64,000 nucleotides of DNA from Eledone cirrhosa (lineage: Eukaryota). Positions 53,798 to 64,000 of the stretch are shown here, one piece after another. How positions within the stretch are numbered: position 1 is the first letter of the stretch; every line of letters begins with the position of its first letter. The DNA lies in NCBI GenBank assembly GCA_964016885.1, contig OZ024742.1, positions 98,270,001 to 98,334,000 on the forward strand. Reading direction: 5' to 3'. Position numbers and translations under genes: made by a program. The notes under the pieces are model-generated. The model searched no databases and was not told the origin of the DNA. It saw only the letters and a program-made list of their open reading frames with translations.

Positions 53798-54349
53798 ATG
53801 TGTGCGTGTGTGTCTGTGTGTGAACGTGTGTGGGCGCGTGTGCGTGTATTGTATTTGTAAAAATATATATATATATATATATGCACATACACACACACAT
53901 ACAATTATATTCAGTGTCATGTCTCCCTTGCAGTCCTCCGCGGGAACGCCTTCTCCAACCTGTCCCCCGGGGCTGGGGATGGGGGTGTTGGCATCGCGTA
54001 ACATTCCATATTTAGGTATTATATGTAACATTTCATACGCTTATCAAAGGAGTGCTTAATTATTGGACTATATAAACTGCTACTCCTATTGCTACTCCTA
54101 TACATATAAATTATATGCATTATTTGAAGGGATTGGCTTGAAAGTTAATTCTTTACATTATATATATTTTTTTATAGAGAATGTAGACTGAAAAGAATTA
54201 TAGGATTTTAAGTTTGAGAATTCACAATTCTTTATCTGACATATTGATAGCGGATAAACCTGTTGGAATAGGAAGTGATTCGTACAGAATATCTCTTTGT
54301 GCTTTGCTTCTATAATTTTGCTCTTCTTTTTCCTGTCTCTTTACTTCTT

Positions 54350-55365
54350 ATTATCATTGCACTTGCCTAGTGTCCGAGTATCGCTGACTTGGGCGTTTAT
54401 GTCGAAAACAAAAATGTCTCATGGAGAACGGTTCCAACTGTCAACTGTGAAGTCTATTGTGAAGATTACCTCTCGCTCTTCGTTTAAAGAACATGCAGTT
54501 TTTACATGACTGGTGACCATGGCGAAAGAGGTCGTGTGGTGGCCGAATTGGAAAGGATTGAAGGCAAGCATTTTCATCTTCGGTGAAGCCTTGATTACCT
54601 TTTTGCGGTATTCAGTATACGTGCCATCCCTTACTTATTGCCATGAATCTTGAGTAATTACCGAAATAACACGATCGCATATGCAATCGGCCAAACTGGG
54701 GTTTTGCGAACGGTCTTTGGAGTAACATTATCGGAGATCAGAGAGTCACTTCATGTAGAGCCGCTACTTATTCGAATTGAGAGATCTCATCTCCGATACA
54801 ACGGGCATGTGGCTATAAAGTTTCAGGAAAGAAAGGCTGAACAGAATTTACGGGTAAAACCAATTGGCAGGAAACCAAGGTGTAGACACCGAGCAAGATG
54901 ATTGGATACCATCTATGAGCTTGGGGATCCAGCCGGATCAGACGGAGACAGTTACTTCTGACAGTACCCGATGGAAGGAGTGTTTGAGGTCTCTGCACCA
55001 CAATTCTCTGAGGAAAAGGTGGGCGAAGAATAAGTGTGACAATGGAGAACGTGATCCGAGTAAAAGCGTCCTGCTATGCGTAAACCGGCTATAAATTGCA
55101 GGGAAAATGGAAAAGGCTCTTGCTCTAGGCCTCAGCCTGACAGTGGCTTTTGCGATCATTCTCCACAAGTAGATCGCAGAGATCTCCCCGATACTTTGGG
55201 GGGGGGGGGGCAATTTGCTATGTTTGTCTTTTTAAATATTAATTTTATCTAGATTTTCTTATAAACATTTTTTTCAAAAAAAAATCCACATTGTATCATC
55301 CTGTACCGTCTTTATTGTTTGCTTCATATGAGCCCTTTGTGTTTAATAATAGAATAATTATAATT
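54350..55365 (+). mobile_element. Old Tx1 3' fragment interrupted by an RTE fragment
   Basis: 54360-54610 matches Tx1-C 23740-23990 (ctggtgaccatggcgaaagaggtcgtgtggtgg). 55050-55360 matches the 3' UTR, ending ccctttgtgtttaataatagaataatt. Confidence 0.7.
54615..55030 (+). mobile_element. RTE-clade LINE 3' fragment
   Basis: EIRESLHVEPLLIRIERSHLRYNGHV...GRKPRCRHRAR resembles the RTE C-terminal LRWFGHV.RM...GRRPRGRPR.RW motif. Confidence 0.7.
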
Positions 55366-55607
55366 GTTTATTTTTGTTGCAAATATCTGAGAGTTCATAT
55401 GTATATATTTGTTTATACATACTCACACACACACATATATATATAAAATACTATTTATAAATATATATTCCTATTTATTTACACTCACACACACACATAT
55501 ATATATAGATATATATATATATATATGTATGTATATGTACTTTATGACATATTTAATGTCTTTAAATGTATAAGCATGTATACGAGAGAAGTAAGAAAAG
55601 TATATAC

Positions 55608-55720
55608 AAAGAAGAAGAAGAAGAAGAAGAAGAAGAAGAAGAAGAAGAAGAAGAAGAAGAAGAAGAACAACAACAACAACAACAACAACCACAACAACAA
55701 CAACAGCAACAACAACGACA
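55608..55720. repeat. (GAA)n(CAA)n compound microsatellite
   Basis: Direct reading. Confidence 0.95.
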
Positions 55721-56118
55721 ACGTCGATATAACAATAAAAAAGCAACATTAAGCAAAACAATATAAATCTCGGCAACAAACAATAATAACTAAAATATCC
55801 AAAGAACGCGAGTTATGGAATGAAATATGAAGTAAGAGCTTTGCAGCATTTCCTTTCTATTTGTGTGAAGCTCAATCCTGATCACATATGTTGTTAATGT
55901 AAGAGAAGAGGGAAAAAACATCCGTAAGTAGTACACATATACATCGTTAAATAAAGACATTACAACGACCTACATAAATACTGATGTATGAATGTGTAAA
56001 TCTTGCATATTTATTTATAGAATGGTGTTGGTTTGGGTTATATGGCTAAATCTCTCGATATGTGGATCTATTTAACTGTCACTCTATGTATCTATATATT
56101 TATCTATCTATCTATCTA

Positions 56119-56197
<79 letters not shown>

Positions 56198-56336
56198 CTA
56201 TCTATTTATCTATTTATATATCTCTCTGTCTCTCTATCTACCTCTATTTCTAACTATATATTTACCTATTTATCTTTCTCTATTCCTTCTCTGTCTCTAT
56301 CTCTATCTTTCCCTTTGTGCCCCCTCTCTCTCTCCC

Positions 56337-56423
<87 letters not shown>

Positions 56424-56895
56424 CTGTGTGTGTGTATGTCTGTATGTGTGTGTGTGTGTGTGTGTGTGCGAGCGCGTGCCTGTGTACGTGTGTGTATTAC
56501 GCTCCATTACTACTATGAGTTTCCCGGATTACGAGAGTTATGTCAGTAATAGAATAAAACTATATTATTATATATTTGGGTACTGAGCCTCTTTGTCTCA
56601 GTGATGTAAACCTAAACACACACACTCAAATACTCACACACACGAACACACACATACACACACACACACACACATACACGTACACACATCAACCTATCTA
56701 TATATATAATTTTATGCTTTCATAAATGCACCCACATTTTGCAGACATTCCAAATCATAAGAGGCATAATGCTTTCCATTTTCCTTTTGCATTTACATTT
56801 TCTTCTACCCACATTTTATCCAATCTTTCACTCCATTTCATATGCTATATAATATTATTGTTATTCATGTTCTTGTTTCAATATTATTTTTAATC

Positions 56896-56942
<47 letters not shown>

Positions 56943-57199
56943 GTCATTACGCTGGACAATAAGAATTGATGGATTATCGACTCTAAATGTATTTTAAGGT
57001 TGTACAGCTGTCAAAAACAAATTCAGCCCCCCCCCCCCCCGGAATAATGCTTTACAAGTTATCATACTCTTACAAACCTATTCTTATTATGTAGTTGTAT
57101 ATAGGAGCATATATTTATTTTTTCACATTCACTGTCCCACACAGGCACACATACACAGACAGAAAACCAGACAGACACATACATACCTATATACAGGCA

Positions 57200-57227
57200 T
57201 ACATAAATATATATGTATATATATATG

Positions 57228-57324
<97 letters not shown>

Positions 57325-57334
57325 ATATATATAT

Positions 57335-57418
<84 letters not shown>

Positions 57419-57419
57419 G

Positions 57420-57492
<73 letters not shown>

Positions 57493-57510
57493 GCATACCA
57501 TATATATATT

Positions 57511-57541
<31 letters not shown>

Positions 57542-57546
57542 GCATA

Positions 57547-57598
<52 letters not shown>

Positions 57599-57600
57599 GC

Positions 57601-57655
<55 letters not shown>

Positions 57656-57900
57656 CATATATACATATATATACATATATACATATATATACATACATAT
57701 ATACATATATATATATATGCATATATATATATATATGCATACATATATATATATGCATACATATATATATATATATAAATATATATATACACATACTCAT
57801 TAACATATATATATACACATATATATATATATACATATATACACATATATACATACATACATACATAAATACATATATATATTTATATATATATATTATA
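57200..57900. repeat. 700-bp degenerate (TA)n tract
   Basis: Direct reading. Confidence 0.95.
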
Positions 57901-58526
57901 TGATATTTTCCCCTTCGTTATCGAGTATGGCCATTGCACGATATACCATTATTAATAATTATTAATTAATTCTATCATGCAATGCCTGGGCGTGAAGATA
58001 TTTTTTAAAGTGAGGAAAGCATGAGCACTGAGCCAATCCCACTCTCTGAGCGACATTAGCTATAACCCGAAAAGAAGAAAAGATCAACATCATCGGTAAC
58101 TACTGAGCCGCAGGTTTTATATCAGAGTAATCCCAGTTTCCTGAGTTGCCTTCACCTAGAGGAATGCCTTGACAAAGGCTAGGGGTCCTTCACTCCCAGT
58201 GGGTTAACCGCACGATCGGGTGTCCAGCCCGACTATTTCTATGTACCCGCCGTATACATACACATGCACCCATATATATGTACATTCATATGTACATTGG
58301 CATATAAATATTTAAACACTTTTGGATGGCCGTTGACTCTTATGAGTTCTTCCACCCTTTATTAGGTTTTGTTTTTTGTCCTGCAGGGTGTCCAAAATCG
58401 CCCTCTCACCAAGTAAAGTTGGTGGGGTTGCCGGTTTAGACGTCGACGACCCGACCATGCGACGGGTTGTACTGGGTTACATGTTACCAGTAGCACTCAA
58501 GTGTGACCCGACATGTATATATATAT

Positions 58527-58564
<38 letters not shown>

Positions 58565-58570
<6 letters not shown>

Positions 58571-59680
58571 ATACTTGGGGAGGGTCATATTGTTGTAATA
58601 ATTGTTTCTACTATTGGCACAAGGCCACCAATTATGCAGTACATTACTGGTACTTCATTTTATCGACCCCGTAAGGATGAAAGGCAAAGTTAACCTCGGC
58701 GGGATTTGAACTCAGAATGGCAACGGCCGTAACTCAATGCGTCAAAGTATGGCGTCCGACCCTCTACCGATACTGCCAAGTCACCGCGATTATTGTACTA
58801 ATATTGCCAGAAATAATAATAGAACAGACTCACTGTTTGGTTGGTTTTCGCTTCTGTATCTTTATATCTCCACAGTTAATTCATTCGGTCCTCAATGTTT
58901 ACCATTGACTGGTCAACGGTAAAAAATAGAGATATAATATAGATATAAACACTTATATATAGTCTAACAAAGTTCTTACGTAGCACATCTGCAACATCAT
59001 CAGTGGTACTATTATGTTCCTCCTGTTGTATTGTATATGTATGCCATTTTTATTTTGTCTATTTATTTATTTATATTTCTTTTAAGTCAGTATTGTTTGT
59101 TTGGGTGTTTTTGTTATTCCATTCGTTTTTTCTGTTTAGCTTTGGCCTTCTAAGCTCTATTTCGCTTGCCTCACTGAATTTGCTATCTGTTGGGTCATTT
59201 CTATGTTTAGATATTATTTTAATTTCTATGTTGTTTATGTTACCCTCATGTTGCTGTCTGGCGTGTTTTCGTCCTTTTAGTTCCCTCCAGTGTTGGTCTA
59301 TCTTTTCACCTATGCTACGAGCTGTCTCGCCTATATATGTTGTTGTCATGTTCCTGCATGTACATCTTATGCTATAGACTATGTTTCTAGTTTTACAGTT
59401 TATCTATATATAATACAATTCCTATTAGTACAGTGGGTTTTCTTAAAAGGGTATGTTTTGCTGATCGGGGATTTTATGGTAGTTTCTGGCTTTTCTACCA
59501 CTTTAATCTTTAAGTGGGTCTTTCTCAAGGCCTTTCTACACTGGTTAGCTAATTTCCCTCCAGGGGTAGCGTCTCCGAACATGACACTCTGTTATCCCTG
59601 GTTGTCGTACCATGAGGTGGCTTTCCCTATCTTATGTTTAGTCCTATCTAAGCTATTCCATTTCCCCACTTAAAATAAAA
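58565..59680 (-). mobile_element. Nematis-like PLE 3' remnant (linker + GIY-YIG + pLTR)
   Basis: TPGGKLA..IKVVEK..PF..HCTNRNC; YIGETARSIGE...H...H....E.SEI...P.LNRKNEW. The pLTR ends at (TA)n. Confidence 0.75.
58603..58788 (-). mobile_element. Nin-domain tRNA-SINE inserted in the PLE pLTR
   Basis: Same family as 1258-1435. 14-bp imperfect TSD attgttgtaataat (58589-58602) / attattgtactaat (58789-58802). Confidence 0.85.
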
Positions 59681-59805
59681 ACTTCAAAGCACAGGCATTG
59701 CTTGTTCAGGATATTTTACACGTCCGGGAGGCTGGCCGTAGCCTAAATGTCCACCATTTTCTGTAATCTGACAAGCACTTGCAATAATCTTAGCAGAGTT
59801 TGCCA

Positions 59806-59921
<116 letters not shown>

Positions 59922-60317
59922 GTGCGTATTCGTACATACATATACATAATGAACTACTAATACGAGCGCTCACCTCAGTTTGCCAGCTTGTGTTGACTCG
60001 AGCCGGGAAATATATTGTCTTACACCAGGGAACAACCCGCAATACCCACAATATGTTGCGGAACTAAACTCGTTTTCTTACGACAGTAATCTAGCACATA
60101 TGCTTTCAGAATTAATCACGATTATTTAATTTTAGTGTTTAAGCTAACCGGTTTCGTTCTGAAGATCTATCCAATGTTTCAGCTATGTACAACGTTTCTT
60201 CATTTTCCTTTTTACTCTCCCTGCATCTATCTTCAACTGAACATCTACTCTTCGAATCTTTAGGTCTCTTTTCTAACTTCTAGACGGTTATACTAATATA
60301 CCATTATTGTAATATCT

Positions 60318-60363
60318 GTAATGTACTGGGTAATTGCTGGTCTTGTGCCTAAAAATAGAAACA
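60318..60363 (+). mobile_element. 46-bp 5'-truncated SINE tail with 15-bp TSD
   Basis: TSD attattgtaatatct at 60303-60317 and 60364-60378. Confidence 0.85.
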
Positions 60364-60880
60364 ATTATTGTAATATCTTGTTCTCTGGTACTGTTTAATG
60401 ATTTTTGTGTTCTCTGTTGCTCCCTACTTTATCATTTCTTTCTTTTCTCTCATCAAATTTCTCTCAACTACTTTATTATTGTGGCGCCCTTAATTTTACA
60501 CTGGGTTTACTTTCTATTCCTACACTAGGAATATAAGTATTCATTCATCCCCATTTATCCTTTACTCTTTCCTCTTCATGTCTTAGTGTTTTTTATTGTT
60601 CAACACTATTCGTTTAGTATCTTTCTATCTCCCTCCATAACTAAGGGAAATAACATTGTCTTAGATTTTATATACATATCCCTTTCTAATAAACAAGATG
60701 TTACTTGTCAAGTGTTTAAGACCCCTCCCTCATAATGATATAATGTATTTTTAGTACCTCACATCGCACCTTCACAAATATATCTTTCTGATTCTACTTC
60801 TTTCTAATTACTGTCATTAATATAACTCCGAAGCTCATTTTCCTTTTACTTATCTACTTATCTCTCTCTCTCTCTCTTTC

Positions 60881-60915
<35 letters not shown>

Positions 60916-60948
60916 TCATAAGTGGATATAAATATATATATATATATT

Positions 60949-61011
<63 letters not shown>

Positions 61012-61510
61012 TTATAGTTCCGAGCTAAACCTTACTGTAGAAATTACGGCATATTGTGACAGTGAATGACACATTTTTTACCATCTTTTATTATCATCTT
61101 TCGTTTTTTGTTCCGTCCTTCATTTCATTAGCTGTTGGTTCTTCTCTATACTGTTATTATTCATTTTTCTTTTTAGAGCTCTCCTCCCTTCCTGTGTGTA
61201 TTTATTCCTTTTTCCCCTCTGTTCTCATCACTTTGCTTATTTCTTTGTGTCCCCACCTATATATACTTCCTACCTTTTGAACTCGATCGTTTATTTGCCT
61301 ATATCCCCCATTAAATGCATATGCTTTCATTCTAACCCAAGGTTAGTTCAATACTATTTGACTAACACCAACTCACTGACCACTGGCATTCTAAATGTAT
61401 AACTTCCTGATGATTTTCTCATATTCTTTCTTTCGCTACCTATCATCCCACTCAATGTAACCCACACCTACTCGTCTTCCCGGTATGTCAATATACTGGC
61501 TATAAATATG

Positions 61511-61675
61511 CTCAAGGCCAACAATTTTGGAGGAGAGGGAAGTCGATTAAATCGCACCAGTGCGTGACTGGTACTTTATTTTATCGACTCCGTAAGGATG
61601 AAAGCAAAGTTAACCTCGGTGGGATTTGAACTCAAAGCATGGCGTCCGACCATCTACCGATGCTGCCACCGCCGT
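61511..61675 (-). mobile_element. Nin-domain tRNA-SINE copy with 18-bp TSD
   Basis: actggtactttattttatcgactccgtaaggatgaaag...atttgaactca; tatactggctataaatat on both sides. Confidence 0.8.
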
Positions 61676-62063
61676 ATACTGGCTATAAATATAGAAAGTA
61701 AACATAGTCATTCGAACATGAACTTGACTATGGAGATAAAAGATCGAGTGTGTGTGCGTAAATGTGAATGTGTGTATATATGAATGCGTGTATAGATATT
61801 TTTTTCATAATATGTTCATTATAGATATGAATGTAGTAGACAGAACATTGTTTTTTTTCTTTTTTTCCAACCAAAAACATTTTCTACATACCAGTATCAC
61901 TTTGCTCTCCACGCCTATTCCTTCCTGATTTTGTTTCTGATCCTTTCCCGCGAGACATTACAGAAAATATTTGATCATTTGCATACACATTCGTTTGAAA
62001 ATATGACTGACATTCATAGCTTGCAGAACTCTAAGCTTTGTTAGTCCATATAACCATTGGCTG

Positions 62064-62380
62064 CAAATGAATTATAGTGTGCAGGAATCATAATAAATAT
62101 ATGTATATATACTAACATACACCAACCCCAACACTCAACACGCACAGACACACACGTGCGCGCGCGTACACACACACACACACACACACATACACACATA
62201 TATATATATATATATATGTATATGTATATGTATGTGTGTGTGTGTGTGTGTGCGTGTGCGTGTGTGCGGGTGTGTCTGTGCGCGCGTGTATGTGTGTGTG
62301 CGTGTTGAGTGTTGGGGGTTGGTGTATGTTAGTATATATACATATATTTATCATAATTCCTGCACACTATAATTCATTTG
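62064..62380. repeat. Foldback: ~100-bp inverted arms extended by (CA)n-(TA)n-(TG)n
   Basis: caaatgaattatagtgtgcaggaat...ccaaccccaacactcaacacgcac / gtgcgtgttgagtgttgggggttgg...attcctgcacactataattcatttg. Confidence 0.88.
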
Positions 62381-62607
62381 GAAACTCTGCTTCGTAGAAT
62401 CGAGACATATCCCAGGATCTTGCGATTTCAGAGTCAGGTTCAATCACTGCATCGATAGTGCCTCGGCTGGTCGCCAGAGAAACGATTGTAATATGTCTAA
62501 TAAATCATATTCGTCGCACCACTGATTCTCCGTTTCTTATGTGATATATATAAATATATATATATATATAATAAAAAGGACGATTTGTTACGTCTTCATT
62601 ACGTTCA

Positions 62608-62799
62608 TTGAGTAGTGACGCGCGTTTCGGTGTAGATCAGCTCAAATTTCGATCTGTATCGACATAGCCCGACTATGGAATCAAATGCTCGTCGGACCTC
62701 TGTACTGGTAATGACACAACTCCGACGAGCTTTTCATTCCAGACTAGATTGATATAGTACATTGAGCTGATTAATAGCGAAACGCGCGTCACTACTCAA
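62608..62799. repeat. 38-bp inverted repeat carrying hammerhead-like GAAAC-GCGC-GTC
   Basis: ttgagtagtgacgcgcgtttcggtgtagatcagctcaa / ttgagctgattaatagcgaaacgcgcgtcactactcaa. Confidence 0.7.
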
Positions 62800-62834
62800 A
62801 TTGTATTATTATTATGATTATTATTATTATCATT

Positions 62835-63136
62835 GGTCGCATATGTATGAAGACGTATAATTCTGCGGGGGAAATGGTTCGTAACTTTCAGCTGTTTTAT
62901 AGTATCCTTTTTTTGTATTTTCTTGTCGTTAACGAATCATAAGATACCCACCTTGGTTCCAAGGAAGGGAGATCTCTCAATATTCGGGCTTTACTCCCGA
63001 ATACACAGATTTACTTTTAAAAACTTCGAAAAATCGCTTCCTCACTAAAAAGAATATGGACATGTTCGACCTTGAAGCTGTAAACAACGTACAGGTCAAA
63101 AGTTCAAAAACAGCCACAATAGATCTTACCACAACA

Positions 63137-63180
<44 letters not shown>

Positions 63181-64000
63181 CACTACTACAGACATGCCTG
63201 TCGTCCATTTCACTGAATGTGAAGGCAAAACACAAAAGTTACCATCACAAACGCTCCCTTCTGTGATAGTAGCAGTACCATCTCAAAATGACATTACCAC
63301 CACCACCACCACCACCACAACAACAACAACTCAGAACAACAACGACAATAACACCGACAGCCTCAATGTAAACACTGATGGCGGTGGCAACAACAGCAAC
63401 AACAGCAACAACAAACAAAACAACAACAACACTAACAACAACAGCAATAACGACAACACCAACAACAAGAGCAACAGAGGCACCACCTTTGCAGCGGCAG
63501 CAGCGAAATCAAAGCGCTTATTGAATGTTTATATTAGCGATAAGGACCAACAGTTGGGACAGGCGTGGAGGGTAATTTAACGGGAGAAGTCCTGGGCAAA
63601 CCTGACCATGCCGGACGAGGCAATAGTGACCATGCAAAGGAGGACGGTGTACTTTCGATGCATTTCAGTGTAGACATGCAAAGTGGAACTTGCCAACTAA
63701 GAAGAGGTCGAGGCTGCTTTGAAGTGCATCGGAAGTGACACCGAGTATAAAGCAAGGGCCAAGCAGTTCGGTACAATCTCGGTACTGTTCAAAACCGAGG
63801 CCCTTGCTATTAAGCACTCGGTGACACCCTGCAGAACAGAACGCATTATCATGCACACGTCCTACGTGGGCAAAAGGACAGTAAAGGTCCGCATTCCCAG
63901 GATCCCACTTGGAATAAACATATGGTGGCTCATGGGATGCGTAATCGAGGAGGGCACAGACACTACCCTCCTGGATATCCAAAGAACAGAGACAGAAAAC
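62835..64000 (+). mobile_element. Tx1/L1-clade retrotransposon copy D, 5' end (5' UTR + disrupted ORF1; runs off the window)
   Basis: Starts at att|gg after (ATT)n 62804-62834. 5' UTR resembles Tx1-C. ORF1 has polyT/polyN then TTFAAAAAK; the downstream YVGKRTVKVRIPRIPLGINIWWLMGC matches YCGQRLVKIRVTHVPPAIEIPWLMAA of copy C. Confidence 0.8.

Noticed and set aside
55525-55779. PolyE/polyQ or polyK/N ORFs as host protein exon
   Set aside because: Explained entirely by the (GAA)n(CAA)n microsatellite; no complex coding flanks or splice support.

Overview
Eukaryotic, AT-rich, microsatellite-saturated DNA with no recognisable host gene. It is most likely from an octopus (coleoid cephalopod); this is inferred from the Nin-domain tRNA-SINE family and the dense (TA)n/(TG)n/(ATT)n runs. 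(1) 3.9-24.4 kb is a packed array of five decayed non-LTR retrotransposons. Tx1/L1-clade elements (APE-RT, + strand) strictly alternate with R4/Dong-clade elements (RT-RLE, - strand), and every junction between them is an (ATT)n run. A further Tx1 begins after another (ATT)n at 62.8 kb. (2) A tRNA-derived SINE shares the Tx1 3' terminal motif and the ATT-starting target sites, which suggests a SINE/Tx1 partnership. (3) There are many Penelope-like element (PLE) remnants of several GIY-YIG types (Hydra-, Neptune- and Nematis-like) set in (TA)n. They carry inverted pseudo-LTRs, including a 1.2-kb-arm foldback, and hammerhead-ribozyme motifs, some with unusually long stem II or a CCGANGA core. 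(4) About ten further foldback structures, plus HERO-like, RTE-like and CORE-SINE-like relics. All calls were made by eye from motifs; coordinates are approximate and no database search was run.
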